A stretch of DNA of 64,000 bases from Eledone cirrhosa (Eukaryota): contig OZ024756.1 of the NCBI GenBank assembly GCA_964016885.1, positions 33,790,001 through 33,854,000 on the forward strand, given 5' to 3'. A model generated the notes under the pieces. That model was not told where the DNA came from and ran no database searches. It was given only the letters and a program-made list of their open reading frames with translations. Below, one piece after another: positions 57,822 to 64,000 of this stretch (position 1 is its first letter; each line of letters begins with the position of its first letter). Made by a program: the position numbers and the translations under genes.

Positions 57822-58377
57822 CGACAATTTATATGTGTGTATATGTGAGAGGGAGAGAAAGTGAGATGGTGTGTGTGTGTGTGTGTATGTGTGAGCGACA
57901 ATTTATATGTGTGTATATGTGAGAGAGAGAGAAAGTGTGAGACGGTGTGTGTGTGTGTGTGTGTGTGTGTGAGCGATAATTTATATGTGTGTAGTTGTGA
58001 GAGAGAGAAAGTGTGAGACGGTGTGTGTGTGTGTGTATGTGTGTGTGTGAGCGACAATTTATATGTGTGTATATGTGAGAGAGAGAGAAAGTTTGAGACG
58101 GTGTGTGTGTATGTGAGCGACAATTTATATGTGTGTATATGTGAGAGAGAGAGAAAATTTGAGACGGTGTGTGTGTGTGTGTGAGCGACAATTTATATGT
58201 GTGTAGTTGTGAGAGAGAGAACGTGTGAGATGGTTTGTGTGTGTGTGTGTGTATGTGTGAACGACAATTTATATGTGTGTATATGTGAGAGAGAGAAAGT
58301 GTGAGACGGTGTGTGTGTGTGTGTATGTGAGCGACAATTTATATGTGTGTATATGTGAGAGAGAGAAAGTGTGAGAT

Positions 58378-58419
<42 letters not shown>

Positions 58420-58478
58420 CGACAATTTATATGTGTGTATATGTGAGAGAGAGAGAAAGTTTGAGACGGTGTGTGTGT
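57585..58478. repeat. Compound minisatellite, ~60-75-bp unit, about 12 copies
   Basis: Unit gagcgacaatttatatgtgtgtatatgt(ga)n-aagtgtgagacgg(tg)n. Confidence 0.9.
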
Positions 58479-58757
58479 GTTGTGTGTGTATGTTTGAGTG
58501 TTTGGTTGAGAGCGTTTCTGTGTGTTTGTGTATTTATGGCTATATATGTGAGTTAGTATGTGTGTGTGTGTGTGTAAGAGAGAGCGGGGTTAGAGAGAGA
58601 GAAAGGGACGGAGAAAGAGAGAGAAGGAAAGAGAGAGAGAGAGAGAGAGTGAGTGTTCGGTGTGTGTGCTGCGTGTGTTCCTATGTTTGGTTAAGGGCGT
58701 TTCTGTCTCTTTGTCTATATATGTGTGTGAATGTGAGTTTTTTATTTGTATGCGGCT

Positions 58758-58791
<34 letters not shown>

Positions 58792-58947
58792 TTATTTTTT
58801 ATTTTTTGTATGTATTTCTTATGATTACCTAATAGCTACAGATTCAATCATTCTATAATGAAATTGTAGCTATTACACAAATATAAAACTATTCTATACA
58901 CAGGCGCATACACAGAGGGAAAGAGAGAAATGCGGAAGACAGATATG

Positions 58948-59031
58948 CATAGAGAAATACATATTCATAGAGAAATACATATTCATAGAGAAATACATAT
59001 TCATAGAGAAATACATATTCATAGAGAAATA
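58948..59031. repeat. 18-bp tandem repeat (catagagaaatacatatt) x4.7
   Basis: Seen directly. Confidence 0.9.
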
Positions 59032-60160
59032 CGCATACATAAATATACACAATCACAGGCATATGCACACACAATCAGAATAAAAAGCACACACGTGATA
59101 TATATAAACATGCACGCGTATACATACACATATAAACACATGCATATAAACATATACGCATATACAGTCCCAGATACGCCGGTACACAGATACACAAACA
59201 AACTCACATAAAAACATACAACCACACATATATACGAATACACTCACATAGATATATTCACACAAATACACATACAATTATAAATATACACAAAAATAAT
59301 CAAAAAAAAAACACATACACATACTTATGCATATAAACACATGCACATAAACATATGCGCATTACAATCACAGATACGCAGATACACAGATACACAGACA
59401 AACACACATAAAAGCATACAACCACACATATATACGAATACACTCACATAGACATATTCACACAAATACACATACAATTATAAAAATACACACAAAAATA
59501 ACCCCCCACACACACACACACACAAAAGAAAAAGAAAAAACACACATACACGCACATACGGAAACACACATACACAAACAGAGAACTTTATGACATGTCC
59601 GGGGAGATAATTATTATAAATACCCCATCAACGTGGTGGCCATTTTTACTCAGAAATAGTTTATGAAGAAGATATCTTTGAAAGGTCGGTTGTGTGCTAA
59701 TGTGGGAGTGAATATTTTAACGTGTAGTTGAACCCAGTTAGTTCAGTTCTAAATTTAATGATGTGTCGTAAATTTACGCTTTATCTAAACTATAATAAAG
59801 TAAGAAGTGCGGGACTGCGTCCAGAATATTTTTTTTTTTTTATCCCGTTTGTAAAATAAGTTCGATTACTTTGAATAAATAATGAATGAATATTACATAA
59901 TTAATCAACTAAATTTCGCTATTCTTGATTAAATATAAATAATTTTGTTGCTTATTTTAAGATTCACTTCTTTAAAATTTTCAAATGTCAACACTTCCGG
60001 TTAGTGATCGCTTAAATAAACATCCATATATTTCCGTCAGAAACATTTATTATTATTATCATTATTATTGTGCCAAAAGTAGAAACAATTATCATTAAAA
60101 AAAAATAAATAAATAAATAAAAAATAGAAACAATTATTATTATTATTATTCAACTAGGCC

Positions 60161-60346
60161 GGTGAATTGGCAGTATCGGTGGAGGGTCGGATGCCATGTT
60201 ATCCAGTATAGTTACGTCCCTTTACAGTCTGAGTTCAAATCCCGTCGAGGTTGACTTTGCCTTTCATCCTTACGGGGTCGATAAAATGAAGTACCAGTAA
60301 TGTACTGGGTAATTGCTGGCATTGTGCCTTAAGCAGAAACAATTAT
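60161..60346 (+). mobile_element. SINE family S1, full length
   Basis: A/B boxes, central domain, tail. Confidence 0.9.
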
Positions 60347-61133
60347 TATTATCATTACTATTATTACTCAACTATATCTTAAAAACGACAACAGCAACAG
60401 CAGCGAGGAAAACACACGTTCCTTCTATAAATACATTATCTTACGCAAGGAGGGCCGTTCAGCTCCATTGAGAAGCGCATAACTCATTCAGTAGGATAAA
60501 AATAAGACAGATGAAAATATAATAGATGAAATCAGTTACAGTCTGTGTACATACATAACTCCTTTGGCCTCTATATGTCAAACCAATGCAATATATTCGC
60601 TCACTAGCATTGATAGATGCTGTTTGCAATAACAATAACAAATATTACGAGCTTTCTAACTCATTCTTCTTCTTTCTATTCATGAACGAAAATATAAAAT
60701 ATCTTTACAATTGTTTTCAATCTGAAATGTTTTCAGAAATTGTGGTGTATAATTGATGAGAATAACAAAACGCTTGACCAAATATGAATCAGAGATCATA
60801 GAATATTAAGAAACTTCGCTATACCATAGAGGGACACGGAGAAAACGAAAGATTAGTATGAAGCAAAAATATATTAGAAAACAAAACAGAATCGTTGAAC
60901 CGAAAACTTTCCTATCACAACCTCCTTACAATTTTCTCTGCAGTAAACTTTGAAATATTAAGTATTATAATCGATATGTGAAGGATTAATCAGTTTTCCT
61001 GATTACATCAATAATTATCATAGTAAAACAGAAAGGACAATGAGAAAATTATGAGACAGGTCAGAGAGAAACTGGAACATTTCCAGCGCTAGGTGGTCAT
61101 CGACTAAAATCATGAATCACCGGTTCAAGTTAG

Positions 61134-61255
<122 letters not shown>

Positions 61256-61549
61256 GTAATAATAATAAATTTGAAGACTAAAATCTAAAGAGGGCTCCAT
61301 AAGGATAAATATATATCAAATATATAAGAACCGTAGAGCAAATATTTATTAAACTAACAGATTAAAGTTTAAGCAAAGAATCGCTGCTTTCACCCTTAAC
61401 CGGATCTTCTGAAACTAACAAAGTCAATCTGTGAACGCAGAAGTGAATATTTCAAAAAACGTTGCAACCGGAGGAAGACAGGAAGACGATACATTGGTTC
61501 GTGGAAACGTTCCCTGGTAAAGAACGGGAAAAAACGAATATAATACGTC

Positions 61550-61553
<4 letters not shown>
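61256..61553 (-). mobile_element. Family B longest copy (~300 bp) in (TA)n
   Basis: Matches 44786-44939 and extends ~140 bp further; contains the full hammerhead fold. Confidence 0.8.
61366..61416 (-). ncRNA. Type I hammerhead-like motif with CAGAAGA core variant (family B)
   Basis: agttt-CAGAAGA-tccggttaagggt-GAAA-gca(gcgattctt)tgc-TT-aaact. Stem I agttt/aaact, stem III agca/tgct, CUU site, U4A variant. Confidence 0.55.
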
Positions 61554-61584
<31 letters not shown>

Positions 61585-61607
61585 CGACGTATTATATATA
61601 TAATGAC

Positions 61608-61694
<87 letters not shown>

Positions 61695-61876
61695 AAAATT
61701 GCTTCTACATGACTAGAACTGTTTCATTCGGGAAAAATCATGATTAATTATTTAATAGATTTAGATATTTTAATATTCTAGCCCTATAGAAGCCATTTCT
61801 ATATTAAATCTTTATACTCTGCTATGCATTGAGTATCTTACTTACTGTGGTTACCCCCGATTGAACCCGGGATAAA

Positions 61877-61940
<64 letters not shown>

Positions 61941-62305
61941 TAACGATCTGTGGATGCTATAACATTTGAATTGATTAACGCGTTTTTAGACTTTAGACAT
62001 TTTTCTCCTAAATCATTACATATTAACTGTTAAAGTGAAAGCAGCACTTAGGAAAACCTTCATTTGAGATTCTCAAGCGACCATTCAATTATGTTTCAAG
62101 AAGTCCGAGAGAGACACGCTTAGTAATGGATTTACTCGTTCGATAATATACCAGCTGAACCTGAGTCATGCCATACGATAAATATACTACTGTTTGTTTT
62201 AAAGTGTTCTTTTAAAATGTTGATATTTCTGCCAATATCCTCCTACATAATTTGTTTTCATAACAACTTTGTTAAACTATGTTCCAAACATTTGTTCAAT
62301 AATGG

Positions 62306-62557
62306 GTCTAAAAGTCTAAAGTCTGTCTTAAGCCAGAAGACTTAATTGGCTGGTACAAGACTTCCCCCTGGACATGACGCCAGTCCATCGCAGGGTTAAA
62401 CCTCGAGCTACTGCTGGTACTCATTTTCAGCTGAGTATACTGGAGCAACGTAAAATGAAGTGTTTTGCTCAATAACACAACATGCTACCTATGTATCGAA
62501 CCTACGACATAATGATCGTAAGTCCAATACCCTTACCACTAGGCCACGTGCCTCCAC
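62306..62557 (-). mobile_element. SINE family S2
   Basis: Aligns to 14064-14348, including the agtctaa tandem tail. Confidence 0.8.
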
Positions 62558-63200
62558 CAATAATGAGCAATGTTTACTAAATCTTTCCAAATCCTTGATT
62601 ATTTTCAAAATTAACAATCAGTGGCTTTTGTTAGACATCTTTCTAAATGCTTGATAATTTTCAGAATTAATTGAAACACAATCAGTGGCTTTAGTTAGAA
62701 ATATAGTAACAAAAGCATTAAATCGAATTCAATATTTACTAATAAATCATTGTATGGAACTTGAAAAGAGGATATACCAAATTGAGTCGATATATAGATT
62801 GGTGTATTGAACCAGTAACTCCTTGTAGAGTAATAGGGGAGTCTTAATGACATAGAACATATCTTGTCCATTTTAAGCCTGATAGGTATCATCACGTCTC
62901 TATGTCTGAACATAGCCGATTTGGTCCAAAGATAGAGTGAAAATGATAGACAGAGAAAGTGAAAATATATAGAGAGATTATGAACCGACACCAATAGATA
63001 ACTGGTAGTTTATTAATCATCATGGAACGGATGAAATACAGAGTTGACGTTGCCAGGATTTGAACTCAAAATGCAAATAATTCTATCCAAAGTTCAAACA
63101 CACTTCTGCCAATTTGCCGGCCCGATACCATAGAGATACATTTTAAAATTATTTCACTATTCTTCTTTCTTATTTCTTTATTTAGTAAGCGAGAGACTTA

Positions 63201-63303
<103 letters not shown>

Positions 63304-63346
63304 ATATATAAATTAATATATATATATATATATATAAATAAATGAA

Positions 63347-63384
<38 letters not shown>

Positions 63385-63408
63385 TGTATATAAATATATA
63401 TATAAATT

Positions 63409-63443
<35 letters not shown>

Positions 63444-63446
63444 GAA

Positions 63447-63565
<119 letters not shown>

Positions 63566-63569
63566 ATAT

Positions 63570-63868
63570 ATTAATTCAAAATATTAACAAAAATAGACAT
63601 TCGTGTGATCAAGTATATTTTATTATACATATTTCACAGGTACCGAGCTATCTTCAACAGTACGTCCTCATCAGATAAAATAAGATGATGCATGACATAC
63701 CCTGACTTAGTAGATGGTTAAGATTCAGTCATGATTGATCACACGAATGTCTATTTTTGTTAATATTTTGAATTAATATTAATAACTCCGAAAAACCAAA
63801 CTGTTGAGTGCTTCCAATCTATTGTAAAACTCATTCTTTGATTTATTCATTGAACCTTGTTTAACTTT

Positions 63869-63870
<2 letters not shown>
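63570..63870. mobile_element. Family E fold-back element in (TA)n
   Basis: ~44-bp inverted arms (~63569-63612, ~63736-63779) enclose the hammerhead; the right arm continues to (TA)n near 63872. Confidence 0.75.
63616..63682 (-). ncRNA. Type I hammerhead ribozyme (family E)
   Basis: Minus strand: tattttat-CTGATGA-ggacgtactg...cggtacctgt-GAAA-tatgta-TA-ataaaata. Perfect 8-bp stem I, intact core, stem III as in family D; proximal stem II is weak. Confidence 0.7.
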
Positions 63871-63900
<30 letters not shown>

Positions 63901-63904
<4 letters not shown>

Positions 63905-64000
63905 AGTAAGTAAGACCCCGACGGCTGAGCTCAAGCCGTTTCGACGACTGACGACTAATTCTGTACGAATTAGCCGTTTCGACGGCTAATTCTGTACGAA
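63901..64000 (-). mobile_element. Family A variant, short arm and junction (runs off the window)
   Basis: taggagtaagtaagaccccgacggctgagctcaagccgtttcgac... directly after (TA)n. Confidence 0.75.

Overview
AT-rich animal DNA dense in microsatellites, probably intronic or intergenic. The repeat content resembles coleoid cephalopod (Octopus-like) genomes; this is from recall, not a search. I found no intact protein-coding gene, and nearly all long ORFs in the track are translations of (TA)n/(CA)n tracts. The window holds about 25 copies of one tRNA-derived SINE, a second tRNA-derived SINE, 3' fragments of R4/Dong-, CRE- and RTE-clade non-LTR retrotransposons, and hAT (Charlie/Buster-type) non-autonomous elements. 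The main signal is at least six distinct families of short, non-coding, (TA)n-embedded elements. Most carry a type I hammerhead-ribozyme motif (CUGANGA...GAAA...UH, often with a palindromic stem III as in Penelope-like elements). Many are built as head-to-head fold-backs whose two 3' ends run outward into (TA)n and whose junction often falls inside the ribozyme. A 2.4-kb near-perfect inverted duplication at 13952-16325 is either a recent fold-back or an assembly artefact. All folds and alignments were done by eye and boundaries are approximate.
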